A stretch of DNA of 64,000 nucleotides from Bacteroidota bacterium (GTDB lineage: Bacteria; Bacteroidota; Bacteroidia; Flavobacteriales_D; Crocinitomicaceae): NCBI GenBank assembly GCA_024280295.1, contig JAJRQK010000025.1, forward strand, positions 22,523-86,522, given 5' to 3'. The number at the start of each line of letters is the position of its first letter. Positions within the stretch are counted from its first letter, which is position 1. A program made the position numbers and the translations under genes. Below, one piece after another: positions 47,124 through 55,307 of the stretch. The notes under the pieces are model-generated. The model saw only the letters and a program-made list of their open reading frames with translations, was not told the DNA's origin and did no database searches.

Positions 47124-48046
47124 TCAAGTCCAGTACTTTAAGGTTTTTTCATCTTCCGTGAAAGCTAAAAATCCCCCAATAGTAATTCTGTTTTGAGTTC
47201 CTTCAACCAATTCTACTTTGTGCCAGATTGGACCTCCAGAAAAGATCAAGAGATCACCTGCATTCGGTTTCACTTTACTTCGCTTCAAGGGGCTGTTTGG
47301 GCTTGTGTCTAGACTTGTTCCGTCTGCTAAAAACACTTCATTATCATGACGAGCACTTTCTTTTGTTTGACCACCTTCCCAGAGTAAATCGAACAAGGTT
47401 AATTCCCCACCAATTTCAGCTGGATTTACCGTTAAAAAATAGCTGAGTTGATCTTTGACATTAACTTCTGTCTGTAAATGATCATAAAATACAGGAAACT
47501 CTTGTTGGAAGTAATTACCGCAGTGAACCATAATGAATCCTTGTCCTGGATAATTAACCCGAATAGAACCACTTGCATAACGCCCTTCTCCATCAAATCC
47601 TTTTGGAACATCTACTGATCGACCTCCTACTAACTTCTCTAAAATTGATTGAAGCCTTTTATTGAAGTCAAAGCCAGTAAGTTTTTTAAATGTTTCAGAC
47701 AACTGCTCGCATTCATTGAAATAGGCTTTGATGTTGTCGCGTTCTTGCGAAAAATCGTCATCTGGTTTACCAATTGTGAAAAATGCCGTGGATACGAATG
47801 TCCAACACCTGTAGGAATCGTTATTTCTGGATCAATCGCTTCGATTGCCGTTTTCATTTTCGATATTTCTTCTTTCGAGCAGACATTTCGAATGATAATT
47901 CCAGTATATTTTTTGTCGTAAATGTCTTTCACGGCATCAGAGAAATTGTCCAATTCGGAAACATCAATGTATTTCCAATTGTATAGGTCATTTTGGATGT
48001 TGGAGACGGAAATTTTCTTTTTGAAAAAATTAAATTGTTTAAACAT
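47124..48046 (-). pseudogene. P4H-like 2OG-Fe(II) oxygenase-fold gene split by a -1 frameshift; the H-x-D position reads H-C-G
   Basis: ORFs 47639-48046 and 47124-47702 overlap in different frames. The downstream frame is open up to 47831. Restoring one base in the A5 run at 47779-47783 (T5 on the coding strand) joins ...GVGHSYPRHF to FTIGKPDDDFSQERDNIKAY.... The fold motifs are VNYPGQGFIMVHCGN, LSYFLTVNPAEIGGELTLF, KPNAGDLLIFSGGPIWHKV and NRITIGGF. Confidence 0.65.
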
Positions 48047-48051
48047 CGTAG

Positions 48052-48582
48052 TTAAAAATCAAAGTTAATTATACAGCCAATTAGTGGCGTTTCTGAAATT
48101 TGAATTTCTTTATTTCCCTTCCATTCCTGAATCGCTAAATCTACATAATTTATGGTTGGTTCATATTTATGTTTTCCAAGTTTGATGTAATAATCATCCA
48201 TTTTTCCAGAATAGATGCACTTTTCACCATCATAGAGCATGATTTGTGGGGTAACTGTCGCTCCGTGTTTCTTGGCAATGTTCAAATTAGTATCGCAAAT
48301 CACCTCAAAAACAATGTCAAATTCGCTCAATGTTTCATCCAGCTTAGTTTGATCCAATTGCGGATCAGATACTATACCAATAACCTTAAGACTTGATGGA
48401 TATCGCTCCGAAATCCGTTGCATCTTAGGGAGGTTATTTCTTGATGCAGGGCAATCAGAAATAAAGAAAAAATAGCATGTCAACTCACCTGAATTTTTCT
48501 GAACCTTTGCGATCGTTTCATTCTTCGAGTCAGAACATCCGAATGTGAGTGCAAAAAGCGATAAAAGTAGTATGATTTTCAT
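48052..48582 (-). CDS. Thioredoxin-fold lipoprotein with a monothiol C-P-A-S motif
   Basis: 176 aa with lipobox LTFGCS. It resembles TlpA/AhpC-type proteins (CYFFFISDCPASRNNLP ... VTPQIMLYD). Its start overlaps the upstream stop by 1 nt. Confidence 0.55.
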   Translation of the reverse strand: MKIILLLSLFALTFGCSDSKNETIAKVQKNSGELTCYFFFISDCPASRNNLPKMQRISERYPSSLKVIGIVSDPQLDQTKLDETLSEFDIVFEVICDTNLNIAKKHGATVTPQIMLYDGEKCIYSGKMDDYYIKLGKHKYEPTINYVDLAIQEWKGNKEIQISETPLIGCIINFDF

Positions 48583-49949
48583 TATTCAATAAGGTGACCT
48601 AGTTTGAGATTTTCATCGTTTTCATCGTACTTCATGTAGGTTAAACAGAGTACGAACATTTCATCTTTTGCTCCGTGCCCAAATCCGACATCACGAATGG
48701 GTGAATTTGGTTGGTACTGATTTTTTGAAGTGTTGTCATAAACAATATTCATAAAGATAATTGATCCTTTTGGGATTGTTTTTGCAGTTTCAAACATGTA
48801 TTGCCCTTGAAAGTAATAATCCCAATCGTCTATTCTGAGTAGTTTGATTTTTTTGTTTTCGGGTGTCAGCGCATAGCATTCCACCATTCGACCTAAGAAA
48901 TGAAAATGAGGAAAAAGTCCTATTAGACTGATCGTCGAGTCAATTTTTTGTTCTATTGTTATAACAGTTACTTCATTGGCGGGAATAGAGAAATCCAGAT
49001 CACTTTGCGTAAGAAATTGAACCTCTTTTTTAACCTCTTCGATATAATGAAGACTGATCGAGATATCACCTGAATGATTTTTATATTCTGGCGCATAATG
49101 TGCTTGAAGAACAATACAACTTCCCTTTGGGATTTTTAGTCCTAAATCACTATCGAATAAAAAGGGTTGTTTTCCTCTGCTCCAAACGCCAATTTGTGTT
49201 CCAATCACTTCTGATTCGATGCAGTCCCAAGTCGAAGGATTATTATCTCCTTTTTTTGCAACGAACACAGTAACATGATGCAATATTTCGGGATTATCTG
49301 TTATTACCTCAAATCCAGAAATGTATCGGTCTTTGGTTGATTCAAGGTCTAATGAAAAGCATTGATAAGTATCTTTATTGCTGCATAATACATGACGTTT
49401 ATCATACCTTAGAATTGTATCGGGAATTGTTTTTCGAGAATAGTTCAAATCATCAGCTTTGTTACTCAGTGTTGCTCCTTGATCTATCCATTCAATCAAT
49501 TTAGCACGTTGATAATCATCTATGTCTGGCGCGTTATAGAAGGTTGAATAAGTGGGGTCAGGAGTCCATGGAGGCATAAGCTTAGTATTCAAAGCTTCTT
49601 TGATTACCTGAGCGCGTTTCTTTATGTCGAAATAGGACGTGAGTGCAAATGGGGCATTTCCTTTTTCACGATGACATAGGATGCAATTTTTCTGAAAAAT
49701 AGGAGCCACGTCTTTGTAATCTAACTCCAGCGTATCAAGATTAAAAGAAGACTTCTGATCTAAAACAGGATGATCCCTTTTCTGTAAATACGCATGAAGA
49801 ATTGAGTCTCTTGCAATTTCATTGATTGAGTTTGCATGAGAAATAGCTCCAGCTGTTTTTTTTGGGGACGTGCAAGATGCTATGAACAGAATAAGGAAAA
49901 ACACACTTGTCAGGTACCGAAACAGATTTGAAATGGGAGTTATTTTCAT
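48582..49949 (-). CDS. Lipoprotein combining a cytochrome c (CxxCH) module with a PHM/DBH-like copper type II monooxygenase domain
   Basis: 455 aa with lipobox FIASC and heme motif CILCH (49671-49685). Copper-site motifs are collinear with peptidylglycine monooxygenase: YQCFSL...ILHHVTVF, VLQAHYAP, LFPHFHFLGR, KDEMFVLCLTYM. Confidence 0.7.
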   Translation of the reverse strand: MKITPISNLFRYLTSVFFLILFIASCTSPKKTAGAISHANSINEIARDSILHAYLQKRDHPVLDQKSSFNLDTLELDYKDVAPIFQKNCILCHREKGNAPFALTSYFDIKKRAQVIKEALNTKLMPPWTPDPTYSTFYNAPDIDDYQRAKLIEWIDQGATLSNKADDLNYSRKTIPDTILRYDKRHVLCSNKDTYQCFSLDLESTKDRYISGFEVITDNPEILHHVTVFVAKKGDNNPSTWDCIESEVIGTQIGVWSRGKQPFLFDSDLGLKIPKGSCIVLQAHYAPEYKNHSGDISISLHYIEEVKKEVQFLTQSDLDFSIPANEVTVITIEQKIDSTISLIGLFPHFHFLGRMVECYALTPENKKIKLLRIDDWDYYFQGQYMFETAKTIPKGSIIFMNIVYDNTSKNQYQPNSPIRDVGFGHGAKDEMFVLCLTYMKYDENDENLKLGHLIE

Positions 49950-50024
49950 TATACTTATTTAATGCATAAGGAGTTATAAATATACATAAATATTTTTTGG
50001 TCGAAAGACGCTAAGTAGTATAGT

Positions 50025-51089
50025 TCACTCCAATTTATTTAGATAAGACCCTAATTTTTCCGCAAACATTTTGTGAGCTTTTGAGCTCGGGTGTTGATCA
50101 AGTGGGGCATTCGTAAATCCTTTTTGAGATAAATCAATGTAAATATCAATGGTATAAATTGATTTATCTTCACAATGCTTGATTAGTCGACGAGTGATTT
50201 CGTCGTTCATCATTGTTGAGATCACAAGTTCAACTCCGTTGTTTTTGCATATTTCATAAATGCGGTCGATCATGGCGAGGGTCACTTTTTCATCTTCTGC
50301 CGCATCAACAGTTTGTTCATCCCATGTGTTTTGAAGTGCATTCATGCTTACTGAATATTCAATTAATGGAAAGGTTGAACTAATTTCATGAATTGAAATG
50401 TGGTCGAATTTTAACTCATTCTCCTCAAACCATCCATAAGGATAGGAGCATTTGAATCTCGCTATCCCGATGTCAGCACGTTTTGTGATTTCATATCCCA
50501 TTCGTAATTTTTGTCGATAAGAAGAATTCAAGGTATTGCGCTCATTGTGAAATGATAAATAATTTAGAATAATGACCTCCGGTTTCTGGGAAGATGTTAA
50601 TTCCTGTTCAAGATTGACAAGAATTTGTGCTTGACCATAACCGGGAACCGCACGATTTTCAATATTCAAATTGGGGAAATCTGCTTGAAGTAAAAACGGA
50701 TAAACTTCGGAATCATTCACGCCAGTTCCGTATGTGAATGAGCAACCATAAAATGCAACAGTGGTTTGTTCCTTAGAGCGATTCTCTAAATTACCGCATG
50801 TTCTTTGTCCATTTTTAAGATGAGTCGCCGTGTATTTTAACTTTTTATTGATTGTTACTTCATAGATGCCTGGATTCATGCGAATACCAAGTTCTTTGTC
50901 TGGCGAAAGGTGACGGTTAGGAGCAGAAGTCATTGAGAATTCAGGGAGTTCAAATACACCAAAACCAAATATTCGCAGACCGACTTCCAAAAGAACGATT
51001 GTGATAATCACCAGTATGAAACCGCGTTTTACGAATGCCATCAACTTTTTACTCATTAATGAGGTGTTTTTGCTAAAGATACGAAACAC
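50025..51089 (-). CDS. TM-anchored SGNH/GDSL-like hydrolase or acyltransferase
   Basis: 354 aa with N-terminal TM GFILVIITIVLLEVGL. Block I is degenerate (FYGCSFTYGTG) and block V is LDQHPSSKAHKMFA. It is a paralog of the SGNH domains at 55308-56882 and 59200-60265. Confidence 0.6.
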   Translation of the reverse strand: MFRIFSKNTSLMSKKLMAFVKRGFILVIITIVLLEVGLRIFGFGVFELPEFSMTSAPNRHLSPDKELGIRMNPGIYEVTINKKLKYTATHLKNGQRTCGNLENRSKEQTTVAFYGCSFTYGTGVNDSEVYPFLLQADFPNLNIENRAVPGYGQAQILVNLEQELTSSQKPEVIILNYLSFHNERNTLNSSYRQKLRMGYEITKRADIGIARFKCSYPYGWFEENELKFDHISIHEISSTFPLIEYSVSMNALQNTWDEQTVDAAEDEKVTLAMIDRIYEICKNNGVELVISTMMNDEITRRLIKHCEDKSIYTIDIYIDLSQKGFTNAPLDQHPSSKAHKMFAEKLGSYLNKLE

Positions 51090-51135
51090 GTCAAAACGTA
51101 ATCCTTTATGTATCTTGGTTGAAATTTATAAGTTC

Positions 51136-52410
51136 ATGGCATTTTGGCGAAAAAAGAAAGAAATTACAGTAAATAACAACGGTCAATTTAAGGATGACGG
51201 TGTTTTTTGTGCAATGCCTTGGGTCCATTTACATGTCACGCAAAACGGGAATATTACTCCATGCTGTCAGGCTCCATGGGGAGATGAAGCAAAACTAGGA
51301 GATATCAATACATCAACGATTCAAGAAATTTGGAAGGGAAAACCATTTGAAGATTTCAGAAAACAAATGCTCAAGGGAAAACCTGCTCCAGCATGCACGA
51401 GATGTTACGAAAAAGAAGAGTTGGGATGGATAAGTCTTCGCGAAATTACCAACGACAAATATGAGAATGAGATCAATGAATTGATTTTAAAAGAATTTCA
51501 TTCTTCCAGTTATGAGACACCCGTCTATTTTGATATTCGTTTTTCGAATGTCTGCAACTTAAAATGCCGCATCTGTAATTTTTCGTCCAGTTCGAGTTGG
51601 TACAATGATGATCTCGCTTTGGGGAATATCAAACCAGAATCGCCAGCTCTTACGACGTCAATTATCGACGAAGAAAAATTCTTTAATGACTTCAAGGAGC
51701 AAATTGGATCAATCAAGGAAATTTATTTTGCTGGTGGCGAGCCTTTGATGATGGATCAACATTATCGGATTTTGGAATTTTTAATCGAAACAGGAAATAC
51801 GAAGTGCAAATTGTTCTACAACACTAACCTATCACGTTTGACCTTCAAACAATTTAACGTTCTAGAACTTTGGAAGCAATTTGATAGCGTTAATCTTGCA
51901 GTGAGTCTTGATGGTATTGGTGAGCGACTAGAGTACCAACGAAAAAATGCCAAATGGGAACAAATGGCATCCAACTTCGAAGCGATTAAGCAGGATGCAC
52001 CCAATGTCGATTTAATGATTAGTCCTACCATTAGCGTTTTCAATATTCTATCGATTACTGAAATGCACAAAACGCTTTTTGAAAAAGGCTACGTTAGAGT
52101 TGAAGATGTGGTTCCAACCTTGCTCGTTTACCCGATGGAATTTAACATAAGGAGTTTAACGAAGGAATTAAAGGGTATTGCTGAAGGACGAATTCTTGAT
52201 CATCTGATTTGGCTAGAAAGTAAAATGGTCGAAGATCGGAAGAAAATGGACTATGTTTTGCGCCAATACCGCAATATTATTGCGTACTTGAATAATGATG
52301 GTGATGAAAAGGCGCGATTAAATTTCCCGCAGAAAATTGCTCAATTGGATGCGTTGCGAGATGAAGATTTCATCGGAGTTTTTCCAGAGTTGAAATCCAT
52401 GATTCACTAG
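51136..52410 (+). CDS. Radical SAM enzyme with an N-terminal Cys-rich (twitch/SPASM-like) domain
   Basis: The N-terminus FCAMPWVHLHVTQNGNITPCC...ACTRC is followed by the CX3CX2C motif in DIRFSNVCNLKCRIC and by YFAGGEPLM. I prefer the ATG at 51136, because the track's 51001 start overlaps the divergent gene. Confidence 0.75.
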   Translation: MAFWRKKKEITVNNNGQFKDDGVFCAMPWVHLHVTQNGNITPCCQAPWGDEAKLGDINTSTIQEIWKGKPFEDFRKQMLKGKPAPACTRCYEKEELGWISLREITNDKYENEINELILKEFHSSSYETPVYFDIRFSNVCNLKCRICNFSSSSSWYNDDLALGNIKPESPALTTSIIDEEKFFNDFKEQIGSIKEIYFAGGEPLMMDQHYRILEFLIETGNTKCKLFYNTNLSRLTFKQFNVLELWKQFDSVNLAVSLDGIGERLEYQRKNAKWEQMASNFEAIKQDAPNVDLMISPTISVFNILSITEMHKTLFEKGYVRVEDVVPTLLVYPMEFNIRSLTKELKGIAEGRILDHLIWLESKMVEDRKKMDYVLRQYRNIIAYLNNDGDEKARLNFPQKIAQLDALRDEDFIGVFPELKSMIH

Positions 52411-53778
52411 CTAGTCCGGGAGCGGGGTTACAAATGACTTAAACAAGTACAAGGCGTGTTCACGATCTATTTGCGGCAAAGACTGTACAACGGTTTTATA
52501 GTCCATTTCAATGATTCGCTGAGTAGCAGTTTCGTGCAAATTGTTCTCGGATGCCACACTCACGATATAATTCAACTTCGCCTCAATGTCTTCAATAGTA
52601 GCTTGTTGCTCTTTTGGGACGATATCAGAATTTTCGTTTATGTATAATTTCAAACCAGCGAAGTACGTTTCCAAATCAACAATTTTTCCTGTTTGATTAA
52701 TTAGTTTCTCTCGTTCCAAAGCTTCTTTTTGCCACAATTCAAAATGACTAACAACTTGGAGGAAACTTAGTTTATTTTCCTTTTGAATAGTAGTGTTAGA
52801 TTGAAGATTTGATTTTGACAGAAATGCAACAATTTTAGAAATTTCGGTAGATGAAAGCGAATTAATGGAACACGATTTTGGATGAAAAACGGTATTGAAA
52901 AAGATGTTACAATCAAGTTCATTGGCAAATTTCACAACATCAGGAAGTTCTTTCCAATTTTGAATCATCGGACAGTATGAAATATGAAAATGGGTTCCTT
53001 TTTCTCTGCAATATTCTCTAAAGAAATGGATGTTCGACAGCACTTTTTTCCACTCGCCATTTTTGCGAATAATTCGATAGTTTTCTTCGATAATTGAATC
53101 AATTGAAACGGCAATATCAAAGTTCATCGAATTGATTATATGCTTAATTCTATTTGTTAAGATAGTACCGTTAGTTTGAATCGAAATTCGAATTTTTGGA
53201 TTGATCGCGACCATCCGCTCCCAAATATTGAGGTAAATAGGTACTAGAAATGGTTCCCCTCCAAGGAAATGTGAATTCTCGAGATAGGGAATAAATTCTT
53301 CCAACTGATCAACGAAATCACTGTCATAAGCTGATTTTATTGGAGGTAGTTTTTCTCTGTTTTTTCGAATGGATGAAGAAAATTCTCCGCGGCACATAAG
53401 GCATTCAAGATTACATTCATTGGACAGCTCAAAATCCATTTTAGAAGGGAAACCTGTTCGAAGAACGGGAAGAGAATCAAAGTTTTTAGCTGGAAGTGCT
53501 TTGAAATTTTCGGCAACAATAAGTTCCTCACAACCCATACATCCAAGAGAGAAATCATTTTGCGCTAGTCGCTGAGTGATTTCCTTTCTTTTGGCACTAT
53601 TCCATATTTCCCGAATAGTAAGATCAGGATATTTTCCAACAACATGAATTTTATTAAAGCAACACACGGATGTGTTCCCTCGAAATCCAAAGTACAAACT
53701 CTTGATTGGAGCCCAGCAGACCATAGTTCGAGCTTCAGGAACGCGCTTTTCGTTATATTTTATTAGTTCATCTCCCAT
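52411..53778 (-). CDS. Radical SAM enzyme with an N-terminal Cys-rich domain (divergent paralog)
   Basis: 455 aa with VCWAPIKSLYFGFRGNTSVCC...LGCMGC, then ELSNECNLECLMCRG (CX3CX2C) and HFLGGEPFL. Confidence 0.75.
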   Translation of the reverse strand: MGDELIKYNEKRVPEARTMVCWAPIKSLYFGFRGNTSVCCFNKIHVVGKYPDLTIREIWNSAKRKEITQRLAQNDFSLGCMGCEELIVAENFKALPAKNFDSLPVLRTGFPSKMDFELSNECNLECLMCRGEFSSSIRKNREKLPPIKSAYDSDFVDQLEEFIPYLENSHFLGGEPFLVPIYLNIWERMVAINPKIRISIQTNGTILTNRIKHIINSMNFDIAVSIDSIIEENYRIIRKNGEWKKVLSNIHFFREYCREKGTHFHISYCPMIQNWKELPDVVKFANELDCNIFFNTVFHPKSCSINSLSSTEISKIVAFLSKSNLQSNTTIQKENKLSFLQVVSHFELWQKEALEREKLINQTGKIVDLETYFAGLKLYINENSDIVPKEQQATIEDIEAKLNYIVSVASENNLHETATQRIIEMDYKTVVQSLPQIDREHALYLFKSFVTPLPD

Positions 53779-53779
53779 T

Positions 53780-55165
53780 TCAAGTATTCTCTCCTATTGA
53801 TTTGGCGAAATCCCACAACGGGCTCAATTCTGGTAATACTGTCCTCGTCGATTCTGTTCGTAAGTGATCTAATTTATCCGTAAAGGCTATAAATTCTGGA
53901 ATTAAGTGCTGGTCAATTTTACTGTCCATGTATGTTATGCAATTCCTAAACTCGTTCAGTTGCATGTCAATTTTTGGATGCCCAGTGGTATTATTCATCC
54001 CAAGGTTATCGAGTAAGCCTTCAAATTGCTCGAGTTCAGCTTTAGTTGGTGCTTGAGGTGGATGATCTTTCGCGTACTCAATCACCCAAGTGATGTGTTG
54101 TTCGAGTTTTTCGCGAATGGTTTCTCGTTCGCCTTCTGGAAAAATTCGAATGCTTAAATAATTCGGACTCCTCAAAGTATGCGGCATGAACTCATCAATA
54201 TTAATTAGTCCAGAAAGCACCCATTCTTTGTGGAAAGCACCGATATTGTTAATGTTCATCACATTGATGGTCGGTGTTACTAAAAAATGAACATGTGGAC
54301 AGACTTCGAGCATTCGCTTTCTTTCCGAAACAGTAATGTCCCATGATTGTCCGCTACGTTGGAGTTCTCCTCGTTTACCTGTATCGTCGAGACTCGCATG
54401 GACATTTACATTTTTAAAATGTGTCCATAACTCAAAAATGTCTCTTCCTTTGTAGATTGTTTGAGAAAAATTGGTCGCGTACCTGAGCTTTATGTCGGTT
54501 TTTCCATGCTCAAGAAGAAGGTCAAGTATTGCCCAATGTTCTTCCATCAACAAGGGTTCTCCTCCAGCAAAATAGATCTCTTCGAGATCATCGAACACAA
54601 AGAGCAATTGCTCCAGTAATTCATCAAAATTCTTTGGACCATGTTGAATTTTTGTTTCGTGGGAAAGTGACCCCATTTCTTTTGCGTCTTTGTACCATTG
54701 TGAACTTGAATGATGTCCACATATTCGACATTTGAAATTACATAAGTTTGAAATACGAATGTCCCAAAAGATAGGCTTGGCCTTTTCTGAGAATCCATTT
54801 CGTTTGGTGTCGAGTGCCCAGTCCAATTTGTCTGCATATAGCGCATTGGTCATTTTCCGGGTGCTTTTCAAACCATTTCGTTCACTTTCGTAACACAATT
54901 TACAGCGTTCATCATGTTGATCTTTTAATAAGGTCTTTCGAAATTGCCTCATTTCGTTGCCGTTCCATATCTCCTTGATTGATTGCTTGTTCACATCTCC
55001 TAATGCACCTTTTTTATCCCAAGGAGTCAAGCAACAAGGAACAACCGAGCCATATTGAGAAACAAAAAGATGCACCCATGGTTTCATGCAAAAAGCTTGG
55101 CTTTCAGCAACTGATTCAGCATCAGTTATCTTTCGATTGGAAAATAAGCTGAACGGTTTTGACAT
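53780..55165 (-). CDS. Radical SAM enzyme with an N-terminal Cys-rich domain (close paralog of 51136-52410)
   Basis: 461 aa with FCMKPWVHLFVSQYGSVVPCC...RCKLC, then DIRISNLCNFKCRICGH and YFAGGEPLLM. Confidence 0.75.
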   Translation of the reverse strand: MSKPFSLFSNRKITDAESVAESQAFCMKPWVHLFVSQYGSVVPCCLTPWDKKGALGDVNKQSIKEIWNGNEMRQFRKTLLKDQHDERCKLCYESERNGLKSTRKMTNALYADKLDWALDTKRNGFSEKAKPIFWDIRISNLCNFKCRICGHHSSSQWYKDAKEMGSLSHETKIQHGPKNFDELLEQLLFVFDDLEEIYFAGGEPLLMEEHWAILDLLLEHGKTDIKLRYATNFSQTIYKGRDIFELWTHFKNVNVHASLDDTGKRGELQRSGQSWDITVSERKRMLEVCPHVHFLVTPTINVMNINNIGAFHKEWVLSGLINIDEFMPHTLRSPNYLSIRIFPEGERETIREKLEQHITWVIEYAKDHPPQAPTKAELEQFEGLLDNLGMNNTTGHPKIDMQLNEFRNCITYMDSKIDQHLIPEFIAFTDKLDHLRTESTRTVLPELSPLWDFAKSIGENT

Positions 55166-55307
55166 GGGATAAAGTGTTAATAGTCAAAAATAACAATCCT
55201 GAGTAAATTATCGAAAATTTAATCTAGGTCTTATCACCAAATATCGTGACATGATTTCAAATCAAGAATAAATGACATATAGAGTATTTATGATGTATAT
55301 TTAACTT

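Noticed and set aside
51001-51135. The 45-codon N-terminal extension of the radical SAM ORF given in the ORF track
   Set aside because: It overlaps the 5' end of the divergent SGNH gene. It encodes no conserved sequence. The paralog at 53780-55165 aligns from the internal Met, so the start was moved to the ATG at 51136.
51136-55165. The radical SAM trio as RiPP maturases
   Set aside because: I found no short Cys-, Ser- or Thr-rich precursor ORF next to them. The locus exporter is of the Wzm/Wzt polysaccharide type, and the surrounding genes are sugar-modifying. The idea is not formally excluded without a family-level search.
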